Both the position numbers and the translations under genes were made by a program. Below the pieces are notes generated by a model, which was not told the DNA's origin, searched no databases, and saw only the letters and a program-made list of their open reading frames with translations. A DNA stretch of 64,000 nt from assembly GCF_004010195.1 (NCBI RefSeq), contig NC_057718.1:76057843-76121842 (forward strand). Reading direction: 5' to 3'. Position 1 is the stretch's first letter; every line of letters begins with the position of its first letter. Below, one piece after another: positions 28,670 through 40,798 of this stretch. The DNA is from Chiloscyllium plagiosum. Taxonomy: Eukaryota.

Positions 28670-29255
28670 AAGAACATGAAAAAATTCCCGTAATACAGCA
28701 CCAGGGGTCCTTTAAATCTACTGAACAACTACTGATGAACTTAAAAAGGACCCCATACCCACAGCCAGCAGAACGAACGTAACATACAACATACCCTTGC
28801 AAGGACTGCAACAAATAGTACATTGGAAAAACCAGCAGGAAACTGGCCACCAGGATACAGGAGCACCAACTAGCCACCAAAAAACATGACCAACTATCAC
28901 TGGTATCCATGCACACAGATGAAGAGGAACACCAGTTTGATTGGGACAATGCATCCATCCGGAGACGTGCCAAAAAAAAAAGATGCGCGGGAATTCTTAG
29001 AGGCTTGGGATTCAAATCAGAACTCCATTAACAGACATTTAGACTTGGAGCCCGTTTACCAACCTCTCAGAATCACACATAACAAACCAAGACACATAAA
29101 TAGCAAGTGGAACAGAACACCAGTGCTTCACCAGAGACCCTCACTGATGATGTTACCTAGCATGGTGACAAAACGTCTGAAAACAAACCTCGCAGCTCAG
29201 CGAGCAAACAGAACCTGATCCACAACCCGAGTTACAAATCTTCTCCAAAATCTGT
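28670..29255 (+). mobile_element. Penelope-like element 3' end (GIY-YIG endonuclease plus hammerhead-bearing terminus)
   Basis: Frameshifted YNIPCKDCNK*YIGKTSRKLATRIQEH...HQFDWDN...REFLEAW...SINR; hammerhead-like motif at 29141-29180. Confidence 0.88.
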
Positions 29256-29699
29256 CTTTAGATGGGCTCAATAGTTAAAAACTGCAAACACAATATCTAA
29301 AACAGGAAATGAAGAATGAGCAGGGAGCTAAGGAAGTGAATAAAATAAGGCTTCACCCGTGATCTGATTCAATGTTCAGTGCTTTCTGGAAAATCACACC
29401 AAAATATAAAGGCACGCTTTAAACAAATATTTCCAGACCTTTATTTTTAGGGATGCTTTAAGTTTAATGCTTAAGGTAAAGTTTCCGCAACCAATTTTTT
29501 AAAAACAAAATGTCGACAATAAAAGGGGCTGAAATCTTCTCCCTCCCATCATGTCACTGCCTAACTGTTTATGGTGGTACATCAGCTGTTTGCAGAGCAG
29601 TCAGTCAGAGACTGCTCTCACTTACTCTGCATTCTAAATTGATGCAGGAGAAAAAAAAAACTTTGATTTTTTTTTAAAATACAAAACCAGCACAGAGAC

Positions 29700-30340
29700 A
29701 TTTATTTGTATAAATGATTGAAATGATGGTACGTCTGCCATCAAGTTCACTGATGAAATCTTACTCCTCTGTCGCAGTACAAATTTCTCTCCTCATAAAC
29801 CTGATATACCATCCAATGCTAGCTTTGAAATCTGCAATTTTTCATTTTCCTCTCGTTCCAGTCAATGATTCAGACAGATCCACGAAAAACAGAGTCCATT
29901 TTGGTAATTTCCATTAGTACATTCTGCCAACTTTATTTTTCTTTTGAAATAAACAATAACCACAAACTTGGCTTTCTTCTGTTTACACATGCATTCTCAT
30001 TTTAAACTGTGAACAGAGCTTTCTCTAATTCCTAATAGCCTTCTACAATATCATGAATTGTCCAAATGCCACACAGTTTTTTTGCCTTCTTTGCAATCTT
30101 AACGCCTAAGTTTGAAACGGTTTATACCTCCCTTGTTTCTCCTTGATGTCATGTTGTCATGGTGAAGCACCAGAGAGGCACTCAGCTTGATAATGTGTAT
30201 CGATATGCATAGACATGAGGACCTGAACAGCTTTTTTCGAACAAATTGGTTTGCATTGAAGGAGTTCGATTTGTGATGTGGCCACGAGGAGGCCCATTTG
30301 GAATTTTTGGCCAAAAGTCAGAGGTCAACTTTTACACAAT
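29700..30340 (-). mobile_element. Fossil pogo/Tc2-type DNA transposon 5' part (transposase DNA-binding region)
   Basis: Minus strand gives MTSRR..FKL.. and DFKASIGWYIRFMRR..VLRQRSKIS, matching the CENP-B-type HTH signature of pogo-superfamily transposases; many stops and frameshifts. Confidence 0.65.
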
Positions 30341-30989
30341 ATTGACATTTACTGAAGTATGCATATCTTCAATTCATTTTATATCTACACAGATGTGGTT
30401 TAAACACTATCAAAACTATTCATTTTTTTTAAAATTACAAAACCAGCACAGTGAAGAAATCAGTTTGTGTAGACTAAGTTCATATAAACAGTAACATTAT
30501 TGGACTGGTAACCCAATGTACCACTTTCTCCCCAACTACATGGGAGTTGTGAAATTACTCCAGGATCAGGTAGGACATTGGCTAGGAAGATTGTAGTTCA
30601 GGTGAGATAGTGGCTAGGAAAGGTGTGAAGTTAGTGGCACAGTAATGTGTATGCGGAGAGTCTTAAATAATGGCATTATCTGCCCAACATTTACATGGAC
30701 AAAATTGTCATTTTCAAGCCAGAAGTTCAGAGAAATCTTCAGTTGATTTAGATGCAATGAGGAAGATTGGAGAGGTAGGTGGAACCTAGTAGAGTATCAG
30801 ATGTGTACATACTAAGGCTGATGAATTCTAATGGCAACACATGGACAACAAAAGCGATGGGGAGAGTGGAAAAGTTAAGGAGCACTGATGGATTGGTCGT
30901 AAGATTTGGGGAGACAATATAGCCACCAAAGAAGAGTGACAGGAGAGAGAAGTGAAAAGGGGTTTAAAAAAAAAACATGGAAACAGAAA

Positions 30990-32045
30990 ATGAATGGATC
31001 AGAAATTGGCTAGCTGTAAGAAGACAGGATGATGGTTGATAGGGAATGTTCATCCTGGAGTTCAGTTGCTAGTGGTGTACCACAAGGATCTGCTCTGGGT
31101 CCACTGCTGTTTGCCATTTTTATAAATGACCTGGATAAAGGGCATAGAAGGATGGGTTAGTAAATTTGCAGATGATACTAAGGTCAAGAGAGTTGTGGAT
31201 AGTGACGAAGGATGTTGTAGGTTACAGGGGCACATAGATAAGCTGCACAGCTGGACTGAGAGGTGGTAAATAGAATTTAATATGGAAAAGTGTGAGGTGA
31301 TTCACTTTGGAAGAGGTAACAGGAATAGAGAGTACTGGGCATTTGGTAAGATTCTTGGTAGTGTAGATGAGCAGAGATATCTGTGTCCAGGTACACAGAT
31401 CCTTGAAAGGGTGCCACCCAGGTTGATAGAGTTGTTAAGAAGGCATACACTGTTAGCTTTTATTGGTAGAGAGACTAAGTTTCAGAACCATGAGGTCATG
31501 CTGCAGCTGTACAAAACTCTGATGCGGCCGCACTTGAAGTATTGCGTACAGTTTTGGTCACCACATTATAGGAAGGATGTGGAAGCTTTGGAAAGGGTTC
31601 AGAGGAGATGTGCTAGGATGTAGCCTGGTATGGAGGGAAGGTCTTATGAGGAAAGATTGAGGGACTTGAGGCTGTTTTCATTAGAGAGAAGGTGGTTGAG
31701 GGGTGACTTAACTGAGACATAAGATAATCAGAGGAATAGATAGGTTGGACAATGAGCCTTTTTCCTCAGATGGTGATGGCTAGCATGAGGTGACATCGCT
31801 TTTAAGTTAAGGGGTGATAGATATAGGACAGATGTCAGAAGTAGTTTCTTTACTCTCAGTAGTAGGGGCCTGGAATGCCCGGCCTGCAACAATAGTAGAC
31901 TCGCCAACTTTAAGGGCAATTAAATGGTCATTGGATTGGCATATAGATGAGAATGGAAAGTGTAGGTTAGGTGGGCTTCAGGTTGTTGTGCCAAACTGTG
32001 AAACCATTGAGGGCCGAAGAGCCTGTACTGCGCTGTAATGTTCTA
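30990..32045 (+). mobile_element. CR1 LINE RT and 3' end
   Basis: SGVPQGS.LGPLLF.IFINDL, SKFADDTK, MEKCEVIHFG, LYKTLMRPHLKYCVQFWSPH; tail gcctgtactgcgctgtaatgttct. Confidence 0.92.
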
Positions 32046-32809
32046 AGTTATAGGTTCCCAGCTGACAACATCCCTTTGTGATAACTGAGGCTGAACCAAA
32101 TATATGCAACTTCTATATCATTTAATCAAGCTAAGCTTCCAACTGTACATCTGGGACATCATGAAGAACGCAGTTCAGCTGCTGAAGCTCTCATCCATGC
32201 CTTTGTTGCTCTGGACACATCCCTGGCCTGACTCCCATTTTTAACTCTCCACAGCACAGGCCCCTGAAACACTGCACTGCCCTGGTGAGGTTTTAAGCGT
32301 AAAATTTTAGATTCTTTTAAAAGTCTTGAGTGTTATGTCTTCAAAATTTATTTAGCACTTCAGTGGATCAAGTATGGCAAGGCACCTCCTGGTGCGGTGG
32401 AAACTCCAGGACATACTTGGTGGGCTGTACAATCACATGGATAGGATAGGTCATCAACTGGAGAAACTAGAGCCCCGACTTCATGTGGTGGCCATTCTGC
32501 AGCTGAACGGTGTGTAGAGAGGGAAGCTGACAAGACAAATGAATGACCAGACATCATGGCAGGATCTCCAGTCATGACAATACAGGTAGCAATGATACCA
32601 AGTTAAGTGTAGTCCCACTCAGCTGAACGTAATGCAGGAGTGTTATGAGATCTTCAAACTCTCCAATCTGTATTGAATTCCGAACACAAATGAAAATAAT
32701 GTTCCTCTGGTGGAGTCTGCCACCACATCTCAGGTTGGTCAGCTTTACAGAGGGCAGGTGGAACGTTAGGAGGGCAACACCGATAGCAAGTCCTGTAACT
32801 GGATAAACA

Positions 32810-33720
32810 CATCAGGAGTGGCAGAGATATTAAATGAGTACTTGGATTTGTCTTTACTGAGAAAGATCCTGAAGCCTAATGAAAGAGCAGGTAGCTAACT
32901 CAGAGGGTCTAAACATTGATAAAACAATTGGCACTGGAAAGGTTTGGCTGCACTTAAAAGATGATAAGGCACCCAGACTAGATGGGACGCACTCAAATCA
33001 TGGAGGCGACAGTCACAATCTTCCCTTTCTCCTTACAGACAGGGATGATTTTAAGAGGACTGAAGAATGGCAAAAGATACATTTTGTTTAGAAAAGGTGC
33101 AAGGATAAACCCAACAACTGGAAGCCAATCATTTTAACCTTAACATGGTGAAAGCTTTTAGAAGCTGAGTTGAGTTTTTTTTAAAAACAGTTAAGTTTAC
33201 TTTTTGAATGAGGTAACAAAATGGCCTCATGTCCACTCTGGACAGCATTCTTTTGGAAGAACATGAGGGCAATGGAGTAGGAACAGTCAATTTATCAGAG
33301 TGGTTCTCGAGGTGAGCGATATCAGGTTCGTGAATAGTTTGGGGAAAAAAAACTATGGTTGCCCATTTTACATGTTAGAGATATTTAAAATCATGAGTGA
33401 TATTGTCAAAGCAGATGGAGGAATCATTCACATTAGTAGAGGGATTAACAACAATTTAAAAAGGTAAATAGCGGAGGAATTTATTTCTAAAAACAGAAAG
33501 TGATCAGGTTCTAGCATGTATTGCCTGGTTGTGTGATGTAGGCAGAGTCAAATCATAGCTTCCAAAAAGATAACTGGATAAATGTTGAAAAGTATTTGCA
33601 TGGCTGGGGGAATAAAGAGAGTTGGGCATCAGGATTAGCCAAGTTGCTCTTTTAAAAAGCAAGAAAGGATACAGGCCTAATGGTCTCCTTTGGTCCTGTG
33701 AACATTCTACGATTCTGTAT
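32810..33720 (+). mobile_element. Very old CR1 remnant
   Basis: LKDDKAPRLDG.H motif (KA/SPGPDGIH-like) and a decayed CR1-type 3' UTR. Confidence 0.5.
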
Positions 33721-35797
33721 TTTCACTCACACCAAGTTCGATTCACTCCACACCTATGTGCTCTCTCCACGGTTTCCTAGTTAAATAATGCCTGTTCAGT
33801 ATGGACACCTTCAGCATTCCAATTTTAATTACTTTACCATCAGCAGGTATAATTTCAGCTGGCAAAGCCCTAAGCGCTAGAAACAGGAACAGAAATTTCT
33901 GGGAGAAACTCAGCAGATCTGGTAGCATGTGTGGAGAAAGAAACAGAGCTAATGCTTCAAGTCCAACATGGCTCTTCAGAACATAAGACTTCTTCCCTAA
34001 GCTTTAGAATTACCTCCTGACCAACATCAGACTGTCTCTCTTTTCTCTAAGACTCCCTCTAAAAATCCATCTTTCTGAATATATTTTTGTCATTGATTTC
34101 AATATCCCTAAAGTGTCAATTTTCTTTTTAAAAACTCTTACTGGTGTTGCTATTGCTATTCGGTTCAGCAATAGTCACACCTGAGAGACAGACGCCTGTG
34201 GTTTCAAGCACAGTGCCAGAACTTCAACACAATATACAGATTGATACTACAGTGCTGTATTCTCAGACACCCTATGAATAGCAAGCTATGCCCACCTATT
34301 CATATGGACATAAAAGTTCTTTGCATCTTTTTCCTAGCGAAAAGTTAATATTTTCAGGATAACATTTATCCCTCAAGTACCAAAATTGCTTAACTGGTCA
34401 CCACACTTACTAGCTGAATAGCAATACATGCTAATTGACAGCATAGTGTCTATGAAACTATTAAGTTTCCATCAAGAGTCAAGGTCAAGTATTTTTAAAA
34501 TTTAACATTCAACATTCCCTTCATCTCCTCTCACATACAACACAAGATGTATACTTCCTACTGAAAAGATGATTCCGGTCGTTCTGCTGTAACATGACAG
34601 TTGTGTTCCTCTGCAAACTCACGCTATAGAAAAGCACCCTGAAGATCGCTAATAGAAAATTACTATACCTGTCCAGTAGAAGGCTCGCATTATCCAAACA
34701 ACATCCACAATTCGTCAAATGCATTATAGCCAATTCATGCCAACAAAAATTGCATTATAATAAAACAGCTTGTATGGAGTGGTTTATTGACAACAGCAGA
34801 CTTACGTTCTTCTGAGCTAGCAAGACAATCTCCAGCTTTTGCTCAGCACTTTCCCCTTCCCACAGGATATTCGAGATTAAAAGCAACAGAAGAACTGTTC
34901 AATTTGTAACCCTGCTTTGACACATACCTGTGTGTTTTTTTTCAAATTCATTTTTATAGAACCAGCCACAAAAAAAAAATGACATTGTAAAGGTCCTTTC
35001 TTTCCCTTTAAATTGTTTTTTAATGACTCAAGGATGTCCAAAAGCATTTTAACCATAGAAGTATCTTTGAACCGTAAACACTGTTGGAAAACAGGGAAAT
35101 GTGGAGGTCAACTTCAGAGCAGCAAGATGCTACAAGCAGCAATATAACACCGACCAGATATTCTGTTTTTGCTGATGCTGGTTGAAAGATAGGTATTGAG
35201 TGGAACCATCCCACTCTGTCAGGATATCTTATATTCACTTGGGGACTGACTGGGCCTTAAACTAACATCTCATTTGGAAGATACTTATTCCCAAGGTGCT
35301 GCACTGAAATGACAGCCTGATTCTTGTACTCTGCACCAAAATCTCTAGAGTGAAACCTCTGCAACTTTCTGCCTCATGTTAAAAATATTTCCACTGTACT
35401 ATGGCTGATATTAATAACATTCTCTAAACAAAATATCTTTTACAGGCTTCACTGGCTTTCCATTGTGAACACCAGCTCAAAATCCATTCAATACATCATG
35501 GAAACAATTCAGAAGAATGTGTGAATTAAGTCCACAACTTAATTATTTCAAATCACTTCAAGTATAGCAACATTTGCGCACAAACTTCATTTTATAAAAT
35601 TACAAGGAAACTTAAAAAAAATGTAATTTGTAACATCACAACTTTAAAAAGCAAATACTTATAAGCACGTTTTAAAACATGAAAATGTTCCAGACAGTAT
35701 CTGAGGAACTGAAATGAGATGTATGTATACACATCGCCTGTCCCCACAGAGATCTAATGACAAGTTACAAAAGGGGAATGAGAAGAAACAACTCCAA

Positions 35798-36082
35798 TGG
35801 GTGACGGTGTGGAATTTGCACATTCTCCCTGTGTCTGCATGGGTTTCCTCCAGGTGCTCCGGTTTCCTCCCACAGTCCAAAAATGTGTAGGTTAGGTGGA
35901 TTGGCCAGACTACATTACCCATGGTATTTAGGGATATGTAGGTTAGGTGGATTAGCAATGGGAAATGCAGGGCTACAGGGATAGGGGAGGGGGATGGGTT
36001 TGAGTGGGATGCTCTTCGGAGGGTCAGTGTGGATTTGTTGGGCCAAATGGCCTGTTCCCACACTGTAGGGATTCTAGAATTC
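35798..36082 (+). mobile_element. HE1-type V-SINE, 5'-truncated
   Basis: V-domain and tail present, tRNA head missing. Confidence 0.85.
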
Positions 36083-37879
36083 TACAAAGCTACAGAAACA
36101 TTTCTTAATATGTAGTTACGTCTTTCATACATCAGGGAAATCAGATTTTCACAAGAAGCTTCCTGCAAGGATTTATTTTGGTACTGCTTCCACTATAGGG
36201 GCTTTGTGACAAACTATTAACCAGAGTTTAACAAAGGAAGCATTTCTCTTTGAAGAGATGTGGAAATGATTGATGTGATTAGGACTCCTATCATGTACTG
36301 TCTGAGAATGACAAATTACATTAGCCCCTTTTTACTGACCACCACAACAAAGCAGGCTAAATTGATTTCCGTAATACTGAGCAAGGGAGAAGGCTTGGCA
36401 TTTATTATATTACCACAGACATTTTTTTCTAAAATCTGCCCCAAGGTTAAAACTATAGTACACAGTAGGAATTAACTGTAAACAAACGATGGTTTGCTTT
36501 ACAAAACAGAAGTACATTACGAAAGCAATGGGCAGGCATTTTAAGGGAAGAATTGATTAATTAGTCAGATCATCCATTTCATTTTAAATTCTCTCCTCCT
36601 GAGGATGTCACCTTCCACAAATCCTGAGCTGACTTACAAATTTAGATCAAATACATTGCTGATGCACCTGGAGTTAAAGAGTAAATCTCAACCATTAAAG
36701 GCTAGGGCTAGAAAATTAAGCTGTCCCAAGTGGCACTCAAGGACAAGATAACTAAAGATTTTGACAAATGCATTTCATATTGATATCTTTACAATGTCTA
36801 TTGAACAAAAATGTAAATACCACAAAGAAAAACAATAATGAAAATTGCCTTCACACTTTCTCACTAGGTAATGACAGTCAAGTTAAAATGGGTGAATTTG
36901 TTTTGATCAAAAAGAGCTTGTCAACATGTAATATCCCTCCTATAAGTGCATGGCATCAGAAAACCTATAAATATTTCAAATCAAATATTCTCCAAATAGT
37001 TCAGTCCAAGCACAATTACAATTTGGCCTTACGTAAACACAGATGCTTACATCCATTTCAGAACTTGGTTATTTTAGTAAGATTGATTTCACTTCCACAG
37101 TCAATGTGAACTATGCAACTATAAAAGCTCAAACGTAAGGCAACGGAGCATTGATATTCACTAATTGCCTGCCAAACAGATTCCAGCTTTGTACTGCATA
37201 CCTGATACTCAAGACATGTTGCACTTCATGTGGCTCCAATTTAAAACCATTGCTTCAACAGAATTACTTTCATGTCACTCAGACAAACAGCCACAGGGAC
37301 AGCAGTTTCCCATCCAAAAGTCCAGAGACAACATTCATCACCTTAAAGTGAAGCACCTCATTATGTTCTAAACCAACAATATAAACAGTACACACTTCGT
37401 AACAACAATCCTGATTAGTACTACTGTGAAACACAGGTTAGTCAAGAGGTTAAGTGTTCCGTGCATGTCACCATACTGCAGAGTCGGGAAAGTCCCTGTG
37501 AACCAAAAGAAAAAAAATATTTTGAGTGTCAATAATAAGCTAATTCACTCAGGTCACACTTTAAATTTCTTGACCTTTAATCCTTAGAAGTGAATACCAT
37601 GGATAATCAACTTAACAACAACCTGCATTTACAAAACATCCCAATGTGTTCAGTGGTTATGTGAGACGGGGGGGGGGGGGGGCGCGTGAGAAAGAAAGAG
37701 AAGCAGTGAACTGGGCAAAACAACTGAATAAAAAGAGAAATGAATCGGTGCTCAGCCAATGGTGAGAGAGTTGGAATAGACGGATGAAAATATAGGTAAC
37801 AAGATGGATTGCAAAAGCATATTTAAAGATGTAGAAGCAAAAAAAGGTTCCAGAGGCAGAAGCACAATGAGGAGGGAGT

Positions 37880-40290
37880 TGTCCGGAAAGCCTCAACATT
37901 GGCATCAGATCATAGATGGGCAAGGAAACCTGTGAAACATCTATCGCCTCCCTCAGCTGATGAATCAGTATTCCACGTTGAACACCACATTTAGGAGACA
38001 CCAAGAATGGCAAAAACACAGAATATTCTCTGTATGGGGTACTCCAATGCCAAAAACATGCCTTGATAGCATCACTACTGATGAGCTTATTGAGTCCTAA
38101 AATGTAAACATGGTAGACTGGGTCTGGGACTACGTGCATGGCAAACAGAAACAGCATGCAATAGAGCGGGATAAGCAATCCCACAACCAATGCATCAGAT
38201 CTAATTTCTATATCCTGCCATATCCAGTCATGAATGATGGTAGACAATTAAACAACTAACGAGGTGACAGCTCCAAAACATATCACTGCCTCATGGTGGA
38301 GACGAGCACAATACAAAAGATGAGGCTGAAGTATTTGCATCCATCTTCAGCTAGAATTGATTGCTCATCTCAGCCTATCCTGAAGTGCCAAGCATTACAG
38401 AGGCCAGTCAGTCAATTTGATTCATTCCATGCAAGTTTGAGAATGAGCTGAAGGCATTGGTTACTGCAGAGACTATGGGGCTTGACAACATTCTAGCAAT
38501 AGTCTCGAACACTATTCCTGAACAAAGCATAACCCTAGCCAAGTTCATCCAGTACAATACAGCCACAACACTGGCATCTAACCTCAAATGCAGAAAAATA
38601 CCATATATGTCATGTCTACAAATCCAACCCAGCCAATTAAACTCCTATCAGTCTACTTTCAATCATCAACTAATGAAAGAGACATTGAGTGTGTTATTAA
38701 GCAGCACATGCAAAGAAATAACCTGTCATTACCACCCAGTTTGAGTTTGGCCAGGGCCACATAGCTCTTGACTTCGTACAACCTTGGTCTAAACATTAAC
38801 AAAAAAGCTGAACTGCAGAGAGTGATGAGAGTTTGACTGCCCTTAATAATTGGGCTGCATTTGACTGAATATAGCATCAAGCAGCCCTGACAAGAGGAGC
38901 TGCATTCACGATATCCAGGCTTGAAATGATTGTGACATCAAAGAGCTCTAGCAAACTGGCATCAATGGGAATCAGGGAGAAAAATATCCACTGACTGGAG
39001 TCACACCTAGCACAAAGGAAGATGGTTGTGGTTGTTGCAGGACGGTTATCTCAGTTTCAAAACATCTCTGCAGGAGCTCCTCAGGGTAACCTCATTGATG
39101 TGGCTGAAATTGGATGGGCCAATGACCTTTCTTTCATCATAATATCAGAAGTGGGACATTTGCTGCTGATTGCACAATACGTCACTTGTGGCTCCTCAGC
39201 TACTGAAGGAATGTCCAAATGCAGGAAGACCTGTACAACATGCAGGTCTTACAAGTGGCAAGTAATATCCACACCACACAATGACCATCGCCAATAAAAG
39301 AAAACCCAACCACCCCTCCTTAACGTTCAAATGCATTACCATAATTGAATCCCACACTAACAACATCTAGGGCATTATTATTGACCAGAAACTGAACTGG
39401 CCAGCCATGTAGCACTGCCTCTGCTAAAGCAAGTCAGAGGCTAGGAATTCTGGGTGAGTAACTCAACACCTTCCTCAATGCCTCGCCACCATCTACAAAG
39501 CACAAGTCAGGAATGTGTTGCAACACTGTCCATTTTCTAGAATGAATGCACCTCCAACAATATAAAACACAATACCACCCCAGACAAATCAGTACATTTT
39601 ATTGGGATTCCCTTCACCACTGAAATATTTTGGTAATATTGTGTACTATGTACAAGATGCAGCATAGTAACTGAAAGGGGAAAGAACATGGGGATAATGG
39701 AAAGGTACCAAATAAAGCAATTGACAATAAGGAAAACAAAGGATAAAGGGGATTTTGATGACTGCAGATTTCAGCATGAAACCCACACCCTTCAGAGGGT
39801 AGCATGAGATAAGGGTGCTGAACAGAATAAAAAGTTAAAAACAACGTACTGATCTCAAGAAGACCTGTGTTAAACTTGTATAATCAGCAATCCTGTTCTG
39901 AAGAGAATGTTCATGTACCGTGATCAATTATGCATTTAATTGGCACATGTATGAATACACAATTTAGTGCAATAGGTAAACATAAATCCATAGTATTGCT
40001 AAATAGCATATAAATTAATGTTTTGTAATGATCAGGGAGACAGTACAGCATCTTATAATGACTGCTGCTCCCCTGTATGTGCATGAATAGACCAGTGTTA
40101 GAGGAACTGGGACTTTCCTCTGTTGCAATAATCAAGCCTCCCTCAACAGCACCATCCAAATCAATGAACTCTATCATCTAGAAGTACAAGGGCAGTTGAT
40201 TCATGGGAATACTGTCACTTCCAATTTCCCCTTCAAGCCACATGTTATCCTCACATAGAACTATGGTTTCTCTTTCACTATTGTCAGATC
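37880..40290 (+). mobile_element. Old CR1/L2-superclade LINE (APE-RT remnants)
   Basis: Decayed endonuclease- and RT-like motifs (AMGLDNI-like, YQSTFN, ISAGAPQG), heavily interrupted. Confidence 0.55.
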
Positions 40291-40311
40291 AATGTTGTTG
40301 ATGGCCAGTTA

Positions 40312-40433
40312 GGGCCTGTGCCCGAAACGTCGAATCTCCTGTTCCCTGGATGCTGCCTGACCTGCTGTGCTGTTCCAGCAATAAAGTTTCAACTTTGATC
40401 TCCAGCATCTGCAGACCTCACTTTCTCCTCGAA
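40312..40433 (+). mobile_element. Truncated Penelope terminus insert
   Basis: Starts inside hammerhead stem II (gggcctgtgcccgaaacgtc); 12-bp TSD gatggccagtta at 40300-40311 and 40434-40445. Confidence 0.8.
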
Positions 40434-40617
40434 GATGGCCAGTTATACAACAGAGACCACATTTGGCGTACCACATATAAAACTGATCACCTTATTTAAA
40501 AGGAGGGATGTAAATGAATTTAAAAATCATTTCAGAGAAGGTTTACCAGATTAATATTAGGAATGATTGTGTTGTCTTGTGTGGAAAGGCTGGATTACTT
40601 GTTTAGTTGAGTAAGAG

Positions 40618-40798
40618 CTTAAAAATGTGTTGCTGGAAAAGCGCAGGTCAGGCAGCAAAGGAGAAGGAGAATCGACGTTTCGCACATATGCCCAAAACGT
40701 CGATTCTCCTTCTCCTTTGATGCTGCCTGAACTGCTGCGCTTTTCCAGCAACACATTTTTAAGCTCTGATCTCCAGCATCTGCAGTCCTCACTTTCTC
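40618..40798 (+). mobile_element. Short palindromic Penelope-derived element inside an old CR1
   Basis: Inverted arms; 15-bp TSD ttagttgagtaagag at 40603-40617 and 40799-40813. Confidence 0.85.

Noticed and set aside
34565..34650. Possible C/D-box snoRNA
   Set aside because: C box is incomplete (ATGATT), with no good terminal stem or recognisable rRNA guide
37657..38247. 196-aa minus-strand ORF
   Set aside because: Antisense to decayed LINE sequence, non-ATG start, no recognisable protein
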